Shown here piece by piece: positions 1 to 8,805 of a stretch of DNA of 64,000 nt (position 1 is its first letter; each line of letters starts with the position of its first letter). Origin of the DNA: Trueperaceae bacterium (GTDB taxonomy: Bacteria > Deinococcota > Deinococci > Deinococcales > Trueperaceae); the NCBI GenBank assembly GCA_034521815.1, contig JAXHLW010000013.1, forward strand, positions 1,696,001-1,760,000. The letters are read 5' to 3'. The position numbers and the translations under genes were made by a program. A model generated the notes under the pieces. It made no database searches and was not told the DNA's origin. It saw only the letters and a list, made by a program, of their open reading frames with translations.

Positions 1-744
1 GGCCTGGGCGTCGTGACGTTGCGACTGAAAGGGATCTACTTCGCGATCGCCACGCTGGCGTTCACCGAGGTGCTGCGCGCGGTGGTCCGGCAGCTCCCGA
101 CCTCGTTCGCCGGCGGATCGGCCGGCATCAACGTCGAGCCGCTGTTCCGCCCCGCGTTCGACCCCGAGACGATGGAGCGTTGGGAGATCGCGTTCCAACG
201 CAACGAGGGGTACTTCCTGCTGTACGCCGGCCTGCTGCTGCTCACGATCGGACTGAGCCTGTGGACGCGTCGCTCACGTCTTCAGCACGCCTTCACGGCC
301 ATCCGGACGAACGAGGAGGTCGCCGGCGTGATGGGGGTTCGCCCCGCTCGCATGAAGCTGCTGGCGTTCGCGCTGTCCAGCCTGTCGGTCGGCATGCTGG
401 GCGCGATCCACGCGCACCGCGTCGGGTCGGTCATCCCCGAAGGCGCCTTCTCGGTCGAGACCACCGTGTTCGCGCTGGTGACGCCGATCTTCGGCGGTCT
501 GTACACGACGCTGGGCCCGATCCTGGGTGCAGGCGTGCTGGCCGGCATCGAGGAGACGCTGAAGCGGAACCTGGCCGACGGGTACCTGATCGGCTACGGG
601 CTGGTGCTGGTGCTGTCGATCCTGTTCATGCCGCGCGGCATCGTCGGGATGGTGCGCGGCGTCGCGCGCCGCCGCCGGGCCGCTCGGACCGACACCCCAC
701 CCGACCCGGCGACCGATGGCACGACCGACGGGAGCGAGGCATGA
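1..744 (+). CDS. Branched-chain amino acid ABC transporter permease (LivM-like), 5' truncated by the window edge
   Basis: Motifs LRLKGIYFAIATLAF, AIRTNEEVAGVMGV and IFGGLYTTLGPILGA are typical of BPD_transp_2/LivM. The frame is open from base 1. Confidence 0.9.
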   Translation, partial: GLGVVTLRLKGIYFAIATLAFTEVLRAVVRQLPTSFAGGSAGINVEPLFRPAFDPETMERWEIAFQRNEGYFLLYAGLLLLTIGLSLWTRRSRLQHAFTAIRTNEEVAGVMGVRPARMKLLAFALSSLSVGMLGAIHAHRVGSVIPEGAFSVETTVFALVTPIFGGLYTTLGPILGAGVLAGIEETLKRNLADGYLIGYGLVLVLSILFMPRGIVGMVRGVARRRRAARTDTPPDPATDGTTDGSEA

Positions 745-1523
745 GCGCCGACACGAAGGCCGTGCTGGAGGTCCAGGGTCTCGCCAAGCGGTTCGGCGGA
801 CTGGCCGCCGTCGACGACCTGTCGTTCCACGTCCGAACCGGCGAGATCTTCGCGATCATCGGACCGAACGGCGCCGGCAAGACCACCACGCTGAACCTGC
901 TCTCGGGCCTGCTCGTGCCCACGTCGGGCGCGATCCGCCTGAACGGACGAGAGATCCAGCACCTGCCCAGCTTCGATCGGACCCACCTGGGGCTCGGACG
1001 CGCGTTCCAAGTCGTCCAGCCGTTCCCCGAGATGACGGTGCGCGAGAACGTCCAGGTCGGCGCCCTGTTCGGCACGCCCGGCATCGACCGCGCCGAGGGC
1101 GACCGCCGGACCGACGCCGCGCTGGAGCGGACCGGCCTGACCCGCATCGCGGACCAGTCCGCCGAGGAGCTGACGCTGCTCCAGGAGAAGCGCCTCGAGA
1201 TCGCCCGGGCCCTGGCGACCGAGCCGACGGTGCTGATGCTGGACGAGGTGATGGCGGGCCTGCGCCCCGGCGAGGCCAGGCAGGCGGTCGAGCTGGTCCG
1301 CGACGTGCGCGACTCGGGCGTCACGATCGTGTTCATCGAGCACGTCATGCCGGTCGTTCGCGACCTGGCCGACCGGGTGCTGGTGATGGATCACGGCCGG
1401 TTCCTGGCCCAGGGCAGCTACGCCGAGGTGACGGCCGACGACGCGGTGATCGAGGCGTACCTCGGCCGCGACGACGAGGACGACGACGACCAGCACGACG
1501 ACGATCGGGAGGCCCCGCGATGA
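741..1523 (+). CDS. ABC transporter ATP-binding protein (LivG-like)
   Basis: ATG at 741 overlaps the upstream stop (ATGA). Walker A GPNGAGKTT, Walker B LMLDE, H-loop IEH, C-terminal VIEAYLG followed by an acidic tail. Confidence 0.92.
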   Translation: MSADTKAVLEVQGLAKRFGGLAAVDDLSFHVRTGEIFAIIGPNGAGKTTTLNLLSGLLVPTSGAIRLNGREIQHLPSFDRTHLGLGRAFQVVQPFPEMTVRENVQVGALFGTPGIDRAEGDRRTDAALERTGLTRIADQSAEELTLLQEKRLEIARALATEPTVLMLDEVMAGLRPGEARQAVELVRDVRDSGVTIVFIEHVMPVVRDLADRVLVMDHGRFLAQGSYAEVTADDAVIEAYLGRDDEDDDDQHDDDREAPR

Positions 1524-2236
1524 GCATCGCCCTGCGCGTCGACGCGCTCGAGGCCGGCTACGGCAAGATCCAGGTGCTTTGGAAGGTGGACCTGACGGTC
1601 GAGGAGGGCAGCTTCACGACCGTCATCGGCGCGAACGGCGCCGGCAAGACGACGCTGCTCCGCACCATCTCCGGCCTGATCCCGGTCCGCGGGGGGAGCG
1701 TCGAAGCGCTCGGTCGACCGCTGACCGGCGTCAGCGCGGCCCGCATCGTGCGGCTCGGCGTGGGGCACGTTCCCGAGGGACGCCAGCTGTTTCCGCTGAT
1801 GACGGTGCGGGAGAACCTCGACGCGGGAGCGGATTACCTTCCGGACGCCCGCAGCCACGCGGCCGCGACGCGCCGCTGGGTCTTCGAGCTGTTCCCCCGG
1901 CTCGAGGAGCGGCAACGCCAGCTGGCCGGCACGCTCTCGGGCGGCGAGCGCCAGATGGTGGCCATCGGCCGGGCGTTGATGAGCCGCCCCAAGCTGCTGT
2001 TGGTGGACGAGCCCAGCCTGGGCTTGGCCCCCGCCCTGGTCCGCACGGTGTTCAAGGCGCTGGCGCAGGTTCGCGAGGAGGGCGTGACCGTCGTCATGGT
2101 CGAACAGAACGTCCAGCAGTCGCTGAAGCTGGCCGACCAGGCCGTCGTGCTCGAGAACGGCGAGGTACGGCGGCGCGGCACGGGAGAGGAGCTGTTGCGC
2201 GACCCGGCGGTGCGGGAGGCGTACCTGTCGTTGTGA
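1520..2236 (+). CDS. ABC transporter ATP-binding protein (LivF-like)
   Basis: ATG at 1520 (ATGA overlap). GANGAGKTT, VPEGRQLF, signature LSGGERQM, LLVDEPSLGLAP and VEQN. Confidence 0.93.
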   Translation: MSIALRVDALEAGYGKIQVLWKVDLTVEEGSFTTVIGANGAGKTTLLRTISGLIPVRGGSVEALGRPLTGVSAARIVRLGVGHVPEGRQLFPLMTVRENLDAGADYLPDARSHAAATRRWVFELFPRLEERQRQLAGTLSGGERQMVAIGRALMSRPKLLLVDEPSLGLAPALVRTVFKALAQVREEGVTVVMVEQNVQQSLKLADQAVVLENGEVRRRGTGEELLRDPAVREAYLSL

Positions 2237-2279
2237 GCGCTCGCCCCGGCAGGCGGAACGGAGCGACGCCTGGTCCAGG

Positions 2280-2993
2280 CTACGGCGCGGAAGAAGCGGG
2301 CGACGCGGGCGACGCCAGCCGCTCCGTCAAGGCGGACCCCAGCTCGCCCGGCAGGCGGTGCCCGCTTCCCTCGACGACCGTGAGCTGGGCCGTCACGCCC
2401 GCCGCTCGGAACGCTTCCACGCCCGCCTCGACGTCGGCGCGGTCCGGATCGGCCGCGCCGACGTACACGTAGACCGGCAGATCGCCCAGTCCCGCGAGCG
2501 AGCCGGCGTCGCTCTCCTCCGGCGCGCCGGGAAAGAGCGTCAGGGAGGCGTATCGATCGGGGGCCAGCAGGGCCGCCTTGACGGCCCCTGCCGCGCCGGT
2601 CGAGACGCCGATCAAGTGCACGTCGCCGACCGGGTAGGCCTCGGCCATCGCGTCGACCAACGGGGCGAGGAGGCGCTCCGCGCCGCGATGGAAGTAGGTG
2701 CCGGGGGCGATCGGCGAGGCGACCAGCCAACCGTCGGCGACGGTGTCCCGGAAGTCGCGCAGGACGTCACCGGCGTCGCCATGGTCCTGGAGGCCTGGCG
2801 GAACGATCAGCAACAGGGGGTGCGGACCGTCGCCCTGAGGCGGGTAATGCCTGACCTCGACCTCGGTCCCGTCCGCCTGGAACGGCCGCGTCTGGCTTCG
2901 CTGCGCCAACGCGACGGTCAGCGCCGCGGCGAGGCTCAGCACGATGAGCAAGCGTATGGCCCGGATCGGACTGGACAGGATCGGACTGGACAT
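2280..2993 (-). CDS. Secreted alpha/beta hydrolase (esterase/peptidase-like)
   Basis: ATG at 2993 with GGAG RBS. Signal peptide ending VALAQ, nucleophile GVSTG, Asp in GAAD and His in GSGH. Confidence 0.75.
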   Translation of the reverse strand: MSSPILSSPIRAIRLLIVLSLAAALTVALAQRSQTRPFQADGTEVEVRHYPPQGDGPHPLLLIVPPGLQDHGDAGDVLRDFRDTVADGWLVASPIAPGTYFHRGAERLLAPLVDAMAEAYPVGDVHLIGVSTGAAGAVKAALLAPDRYASLTLFPGAPEESDAGSLAGLGDLPVYVYVGAADPDRADVEAGVEAFRAAGVTAQLTVVEGSGHRLPGELGSALTERLASPASPASSAP

Positions 2994-3060
2994 ACGTGAC
3001 CTCCAACCGCCGAGGCCTGCGCAGATCCGGACAGGACGCCGGGCGCCCCTCGGCCGGTTC

Positions 3061-3092
3061 ACGTTAGTGGATCGGGCGTCATTTTCCCGTTG
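3061..3092 (-). promoter_or_regulatory. SARP-type promoter for the 2993 hydrolase: CAACGGG-N4-TGACGCC-N8-TAACGT
   Basis: Read directly on the minus strand. Same spacing as the sites at 3103-3134 and 6714-6745. Confidence 0.55.
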
Positions 3093-3102
3093 GCTTCAGC
3101 CA

Positions 3103-3134
3103 TAACGCCGGACTAACGATCCGTTCTCTACGAT
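3103..3134 (+). promoter_or_regulatory. SARP-type promoter for the small protein gene: TAACGCC-N4-TAACGAT-N8-TACGAT
   Basis: Direct heptamer repeats with an 11-bp period, ending 8 bp before a TAnnnT box. The stretch 3101-3136 is 27/36 identical to the reverse complement of 6712-6747. Confidence 0.65.
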
Positions 3135-3274
3135 CGCTGCACGAGTCGCCCCCGTCCGGCGTGCGGCCAGGGCGCGCTGCTACCCGCGCTCACGGTCACG
3201 CGTCGGACCGCGGCTCGGTCGATGCCGCTTCGGAGCACCCCGCTCCTAGCGGGCGATCCTCGATGGAGGTCGTC

Positions 3275-3547
3275 ATGACCCGCCCTCGTTCGCCGTTCAC
3301 TCGCTCGCCGGTTTCCCGCTCGCGGTTCCCGCGCACGCTGCTGATCATCGTGGTCGGCACGCTGAGTCTCGTCGGACTCGCCGGGGCGTTGATCGGTGCG
3401 AACGGTCTCGCGGAGACGGCCGATCCTGTGCTGCGACCGTTCGTGCCGGTATTGGACGCGGTCTCCGCCATGCTCACCGGTCACGACTGTCAGGCTGCGC
3501 GCGCGCAGCAGGCGGTCGACACCGTGCTGGCGACCCCTACCTGCTAG
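3275..3547 (+). CDS. Small hypothetical secreted/membrane-anchored protein (90 aa, two Cys)
   Basis: GGAGGT RBS before ATG 3275. Arg-rich N-region, hydrophobic stretch LLIIVVGTLSLVGLAGALIG and a C-terminal C-x17-C. Confidence 0.6.
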   Translation: MTRPRSPFTRSPVSRSRFPRTLLIIVVGTLSLVGLAGALIGANGLAETADPVLRPFVPVLDAVSAMLTGHDCQAARAQQAVDTVLATPTC

Positions 3548-3653
3548 CGTGTCGCATGCTCGATGACGAGCGTTCCGGCCTACCGCACGAGTTCGCGCTG
3601 GAGACGGTCGATCGGACCGTCTCGCTAGGCGCCGATCTCGCTGCGATGCGACC

Positions 3654-5648
3654 TCACCCTTCGCCCAGCAGTCCGTCGAGCTGTTCGAGCCGGTCCTCGG
3701 CCCGTCCACTGCGGACGGACGATGCGTCCAGGTCGCGAACCTTTCCGTACCAGTCCATGGCCTCTCGGAACGCGCCGCGCATCTGCGCCTCCTCGGCGGC
3801 GGCCAGCAGATGGGGCAGAGCGAGGTTCGTCTCGCCGGCCTGCTCGTAGTGGTACGCGATCCGGGCGGGAGCGCCGCCGATCTTCGCGAGCGCGTCGCCC
3901 GCACGGCGATGCAGCATGGCTCGGACCGGCGCGGGGGTGGTCGCACGGATCGCTGCGTAGACCAGGTCGTGCGAGAACGCGAGCCCCTCGATCAGCCGCG
4001 CCTCCTCCAGGGCGGTCCTGAGGGCGGACAGGCTTTCGTCGGCGACACGCAGGACCGTTCGCATCAATGCGGGCGACGCGTCGGTCTGGGCCACCGCCAA
4101 TAGCTGCAGGAAGCGAAGCTGCGCGACGCTGAGCCGGCGGAACCGCACCTCGAGCACCTCGGCCACCCTGGCGGGCAGCAGCTCTCCGAGCTCCGCGAGG
4201 TCGAGGTCGCCCGCCTCGAGCAGCCCTTTGAGCGTCTCGATCACGAAGAGCGGGTTCCCGCCGGTGATGCGGTGCAGCGTCGCCGCGAACGCAGGAGCGC
4301 CGTCCACCGCCGTGGACGCCAGCAGCGCCTCGACCGCCTTCGCCGACAGCGGCGCGAGCTCGACGTGGATCGCGGTTCCGCTTCGGACCAGGTCCGCGAG
4401 GAACGTGCGGAATCGGTCGTCGACCTCGTGGGTACGGAAAGTACATAGAGCGTACTGTCCCTCCCTGCCGGTCGCTTGCGGCGTGATGCGGGCGAACATG
4501 TAGTTCGCCATCTCGAGGCTGGCGGCGTCCACGAACTGCCAGTCGTCCGCGACCCAGACGTCGAGCCACCTGACGCTGAGGATCAGGAACTCGGCCAGCG
4601 TGGCATAGAAGAACTGCTTCTCCTCGAGGCTCGTCATCGGCGGCGGGGGCCTGTCGGTCAGCGTCGGGATGAGGCGGGAGAGCTCCCGTCGCATGATCGG
4701 CGTCAGCTGGATGCCAGGACAACCGTCCAGAACGACGCGAAGCGCGCGGGCTTGGGTGGCGTAGGGGGCGGTCGCGTCGCCAGGCCTTGCCTGGAACGCG
4801 TTCCAGCGGACGCGTGGCACCTTCGACTCGGCGAACTCGTGCATCAGCCGGCTCTTGCCGATGCCGCCAACGCCGGAGATGTACACCACCTGCCCGTTCG
4901 CCCAGGCCCCCTCCATTCTCGTCCAGACGTCCTCCCGTCCGGCCAGCAGCGGGGCCGGGCCACGGTCACCGGAATGCGGATCGCCGGCCGGGGGTGCGCT
5001 GAACGGTCGCCGCCGCGACGTCGCGAGCCAGCGCCGACGTCTCGGGAAGCGGCCGGACGCCGAACTCGGCCTGGAGCATCCGGGCGCAGCGGTGATAGGC
5101 GTCGAGGGCCGCGGCGCGGTCCCCCGCCAGGTACGCCAGCCGGATCACGCGACGGTGCGCGAGCTCGGACAGCCGATCGACCTCCAGGGCCCGCCGTGCC
5201 GCCGCGAGCGCGTCGGCCATTCTCCCCTCCGCCTCGAGCGCGTCCGCCCGCGCGGACCACCGTTCGATCCGCGCGACTCTGCGGCGCTCGACCTGGAACT
5301 CCGTCCACGCATGGAGCTCGGCGCAGTCGCTCAGGTCGTACGCCGACAGGAGGTCGCCCTCGCCCTCGGCGATGCGCACCTCCGGCGACAGCCGCAACGG
5401 ATCGCCGTCCACGATGGGCGCTCGCTGACGGACGGCGTGCACGGCCTGGCGCAGGTTGTTGCGCGGCGAGGCCGCGAGGGGCCAAAGCAGGTCGGACAAC
5501 CGCCCCGGGGCGTGGGTCCCTCGATCACCAGGTAGGCCAGCATGGCCGCGGCCTTGCGGCCTGGAACGAACGTCACGGCGCCGGGGCGTACGACCGTGAC
5601 GTCGTCCGAAACCGTCAGTCGCCAGGCCGGATGGCGCGCATCGACCAT
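3654..5648 (-). CDS. SARP/BTAD transcriptional activator with AAA ATPase and TPR-like C-terminus (two apparent frameshifts near 5510 and 4985)
   Basis: Three ORF pieces join up. wHTH-like RKAAAMLAYLVIEGP..LSDLLWP..RNNLRQAVH, BTAD ALEVDRLSELAHRRVIRLAYLAGDRAAAL..PLPET, Walker A GVGGIGKSRL, Walker B VADDWQFVD and TGGNPLF. Confidence 0.8.
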
Positions 5649-5662
5649 GTCGGCACCTCGCT

Positions 5663-5703
5663 CTCGTCCGCTCGCCCTCGTCCGCTCGCCCTCGTCCGTC
5701 GCC
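5663..5703. repeat. Tandem 14-bp repeat CTCGTCCGCTCGCC, two copies plus one 13-bp copy
   Basis: Seen directly, just upstream of the regulator start codon. Confidence 0.8.
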
Positions 5704-5733
5704 CTCCGCCGAATCGCCCCGGACGGGCGACGG
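5696..5733 (-). terminator. GC-rich hairpin directly after the hydrolase stop (possible attenuator/stabiliser)
   Basis: CCGTCGCCC (5696-5704) pairs with GGGCGACGG (5725-5733), with extra TCCG/CGGA pairing. No U-tract. Confidence 0.4.
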
Positions 5734-6687
5734 CTAGCGGAGCGTCGCCAAGAACGTGTCCACGATCTCGACGTACCGCTCAGGATGCTCCACGAAGCCC
5801 ATATGGCCGGCATCGTGAACCACGACGACGCGAGCATCGGGCAGCGCGTCGACGTTCGCGTCGATCCCCGCGGGCACGACCGTGTCCTGGTCGCCGTGAA
5901 CGATCAACACCGGTGCTTGGACCGTCGATAGCTCGTCCAGCCAGTTCCAGTCGCCCATCGACTCGAAGATCGGGAGGACCGTGAAGAGGACGTTGTCGTC
6001 CCACTCGCTCGGCAGGGCGCACACTTTCCGGTTCAGGTCGGGGATCAGCTGGGCCGAGGCGTCGGACACCTGCGACGCGTTGATGATGTCGTACGCCCCG
6101 AGGCACGCCTCGTAGCCGGGCATGTCGTCGGGCACCGACGCGAGATACGCGTCCAGTGCGTCGAAGTCCGGACCCGGCTTCAGCATCTCCATCTGCGCGT
6201 ACGGATCGGCCGCGGGCTCGATCGGGCCGAACGCGATCACGCCACGCACGCGACCTGGATGACGGGCGGCGTAGAGCTGCGCGAAGCCGCCCCACAGCGA
6301 CCAGCCCAAGATCGTCGCCGGCTCGGCTCCGAAGTGATCGTGCACGGCGGCGATGTCCGCGATCTCGTGCTCCATGCCCAGCAGCTCGGGATCGCGAACC
6401 GGGGTCGAGAGGCCACGTCCGCGCGTGTCGTAGAACACCACCGTCCACTCTTCGGCCAACGCCGAGAGGGGCACGGCCGCGGAGGTCTGGTTCGTCACGA
6501 TCAGATCGGGCGGGCCGTCGCCGTGCTTCTGGTAGTACAGCGCCACGCCGTCGTCGACGGGGACGTACCCCTCCTCGATTCCCTGCGCCGCCGCGCCGCC
6601 CAGCAAGGCCGCGACGAGCACGGCCATCAGCGCCGTGACGGCGCCGCCGGCACGCTTGGCCAGACTCCAGCTGTTCCGTCGTCTCAT
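5734..6687 (-). CDS. Secreted alpha/beta fold hydrolase (Abhydrolase_1, proline iminopeptidase-like)
   Basis: ATG 6687 with AAGGGGAG RBS. Signal peptide ending GAAAQ, YDTRGRGLS, nucleophile GWSLWGG, HGDQD and AGHMG. Confidence 0.85.
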   Translation of the reverse strand: MRRRNSWSLAKRAGGAVTALMAVLVAALLGGAAAQGIEEGYVPVDDGVALYYQKHGDGPPDLIVTNQTSAAVPLSALAEEWTVVFYDTRGRGLSTPVRDPELLGMEHEIADIAAVHDHFGAEPATILGWSLWGGFAQLYAARHPGRVRGVIAFGPIEPAADPYAQMEMLKPGPDFDALDAYLASVPDDMPGYEACLGAYDIINASQVSDASAQLIPDLNRKVCALPSEWDDNVLFTVLPIFESMGDWNWLDELSTVQAPVLIVHGDQDTVVPAGIDANVDALPDARVVVVHDAGHMGFVEHPERYVEIVDTFLATLR

Positions 6688-6713
6688 CGGCACCCTCCCC
6701 TTCGCACGAACCG

Positions 6714-6745
6714 AGCGTAGAGAATCAGGCGGTATTCGGGCGTTA
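6714..6745 (-). promoter_or_regulatory. SARP-type promoter for the hydrolase-regulator unit: TAACGCC-N4-TACCGCC-N8-TACGCT
   Basis: Read directly on the minus strand. Near copy of the 3101-3136 promoter. Confidence 0.65.
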
Positions 6746-6829
6746 TGCCGTCTTCGCCCCCCTACCGTATGGCTGAGCACGCCAGGTCGATACCTTGCGC
6801 GTGCGATATGTCTTCCAAATCGTCTCCCC

Positions 6830-6944
6830 GTTCCCATACGGCAACAGACCCGCCCGCGTACCCTCGTCGGGCTTGGACGCACGTCAGGGACGCTCTTCTG
6901 CCGTGGACGAGGGTACGAACCCCCCTGGTTTTCCATATGGGAAC
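6830..6944. promoter_or_regulatory. Pair of imperfect 16-bp palindromes (consensus GTTCCCATATGGGAAC), putative operators
   Basis: GTTCCCATACGGCAAC at 6830-6845 and TTTTCCATATGGGAAC at 6929-6944. Each is 14/16 to the consensus and both are followed by AG. Confidence 0.45.
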
Positions 6945-7043
6945 AGAAAGGCATTTTTCAAACCTTCTCGCGCTGGATGCACCGCGCGGTTCCCCGTGCA
7001 TCCGCTACGAGTCTCCGTGGAACGCCGCTGCTACGCTTCGCGC

Positions 7044-8031
7044 ATGCCTGCCACTCCGACGTTCGACGCCTCGACGATGCCGGTCGAGGCGATCGCCGAG
7101 CGGCTCCGCCGTCACCTCTCGCAGGAGGGTCGCGTCGACCTGCTGATCCCCGATCCGGACGACGGCGAGGGGCTCTGGCCGGGCGAGCCTCGACCCGACG
7201 GAGCGCCGCGACGCGATTGGCGGGCGTGGCTGGACCTCGCCGACGCGGTCGGTGCGCGCATGCGCACGCCACGCGCGGTCGGCGGCCCGGGGCCCCGCCG
7301 GCTGCGTCTGCCGTACGTGCTGCTGAGCGGCGAGTCCGAGGTCCATGCCGACGGCGGTCGTCCGGATGGTCGGTATGCACCTGGTGGAGCGTTCGCACGC
7401 CTCCGCAAGCACGAGCACCCCGGATTCCTGCTCCCGTTCCTGGACGCCGTCGCGTTCGCCGCGCCGCGGCACTCCCGCCGCGCGCTCGTCGTCGGGTGCC
7501 ATCGCGGCGACGAGATCGAGGCCCTGACGCGGCTGCGACCGCCCGTCCCGCCGAGCCGCGTCACCGGTCTGGACCGCGAGGCCGCGGCCCTGGACGAGGC
7601 CCGACGCCGCTTTCCCGACGCTCGATTCGTCCAGACCGACCTTCGGGACCTCTCCTCTATCCGACCTGGCTCTATCCGACCTGGCTCTATCCGACCTGGC
7701 GTCCGGTCCCGACGGCAGCGACCGGTTCGACCTGATCCTCGCGATCGACGTGCTCCAGAGCCCCGACATCGACGGTCCCGCGGTGCTGCGGACGCTGGTA
7801 CGCGAGCTCGCCGCGCCGTCGGGCGGCCTGGTCATCGGCCTTCCGTGCAGCCGCTTCCGAGGAGGCGAGGTCGTCTGGGGCGCACGCACCCGCAACTTCA
7901 CCGAGGTGGACCTGTCGCTGGTCGTGCGCGACCTGGCCGGCCACCGCCGTTACCTGCACCAGCAAGGCTACCGCTCCCGCATCGGCGGGCGCTACGACCT
8001 GCTGCTGACCGCTCGTCGCGACACCGGGTAG
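7044..8031 (+). CDS. Class I SAM-dependent methyltransferase-like protein (frameshift near 7650)
   Basis: ALVVGCHRGDE, VTGLDREAAALDEARRRFP, then after the frame change FDLILAIDVLQSP and GGLVIGLP. TGC-TACGCT -10 box 6 nt before the ATG. Confidence 0.7.
7655..7699 (+). repeat. Perfect tandem repeat CTCTATCCGACCTGG x3 inside the methyltransferase gene
   Basis: Seen directly. Encodes (LSDLA)n in the downstream frame. Confidence 0.9.
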
Positions 8032-8100
8032 ACGCCCCCGCGCCGCTGCCGTCCCCGGGGAGTGACCACGCGGCTCCAGGAGAAGGGTCATCATGCGGGC

Positions 8101-8766
8101 ATGCATCTGACCCTCGACCACCTACTGTACGCAGGCCCAGAGCTGGACCGCCTGGTCCGCGAGCTCGCCCGCACCACGGGGGCGACGCCCGTCGTCGGCG
8201 GCAAGCACGCCGGCCAAGGCACGCACAACGCGCTGCTGGGCCTCGGCGCGGACACGTACCTGGAGCTGATCGCCCCGGACCCCGACCAGGACGGAGGCGA
8301 CTTCGCCGCATCGATCGACGCCCTCCCCGGCGCGGAGCTGCACGCCTGGTGCGTCCGCACGGACGACGCCGACGAGCTGGTCGCCCGCATCCGCGACGGT
8401 GGCCACGGCGTCGTGCGCCGCTCGATGTCGCGCGTCACGCCCGAGGGCGACGAGCTCCGCTGGGAGCTGATCTTCGCCACCGGTCACGCCTGGGCCGGCG
8501 CCGCGCCGTTCTTCATCGCCTGGGGCGAGACGCCGCACCCGGCCGCTCGCCTCGCTCAGGGCGCGAGCCTGCGCAGCCTCACCGTGCTGCACCCGGAGCC
8601 GGGCCCGCTGCGCACCTGGCTCGCGGGGCTGGGACTCGCGACCGGTGCCCACGAGGCCGTCGCGATCGAGGAGGCACCGGGCCGCGGCCTCCGCGCCGAC
8701 CTGAGCGGACGCCGCGGACCGCTGGCGCTACGTGGCGGCGCCGGCGGCATCCGACTGGCGCAGTAG
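8101..8766 (+). CDS. VOC family / glyoxalase-like (Glyoxalase_3) protein
   Basis: LDHLLY, GGKHAGQGTHNALLGLG..YLELIAPDP, MSR.TPEG..LRW and PFFIAWG..HP are hallmark motifs. Confidence 0.88.
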   Translation: MHLTLDHLLYAGPELDRLVRELARTTGATPVVGGKHAGQGTHNALLGLGADTYLELIAPDPDQDGGDFAASIDALPGAELHAWCVRTDDADELVARIRDGGHGVVRRSMSRVTPEGDELRWELIFATGHAWAGAAPFFIAWGETPHPAARLAQGASLRSLTVLHPEPGPLRTWLAGLGLATGAHEAVAIEEAPGRGLRADLSGRRGPLALRGGAGGIRLAQ

Positions 8767-8805
8767 CACCGCCGGCTCGACGCCGTACGTCACACGCCGA
8801 ACGGC

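Noticed and set aside
7655-7699. Short repeats as a CRISPR array or phase-variation switch
   Set aside because: No spacers and no cas genes. The 15-bp unit preserves the reading frame.
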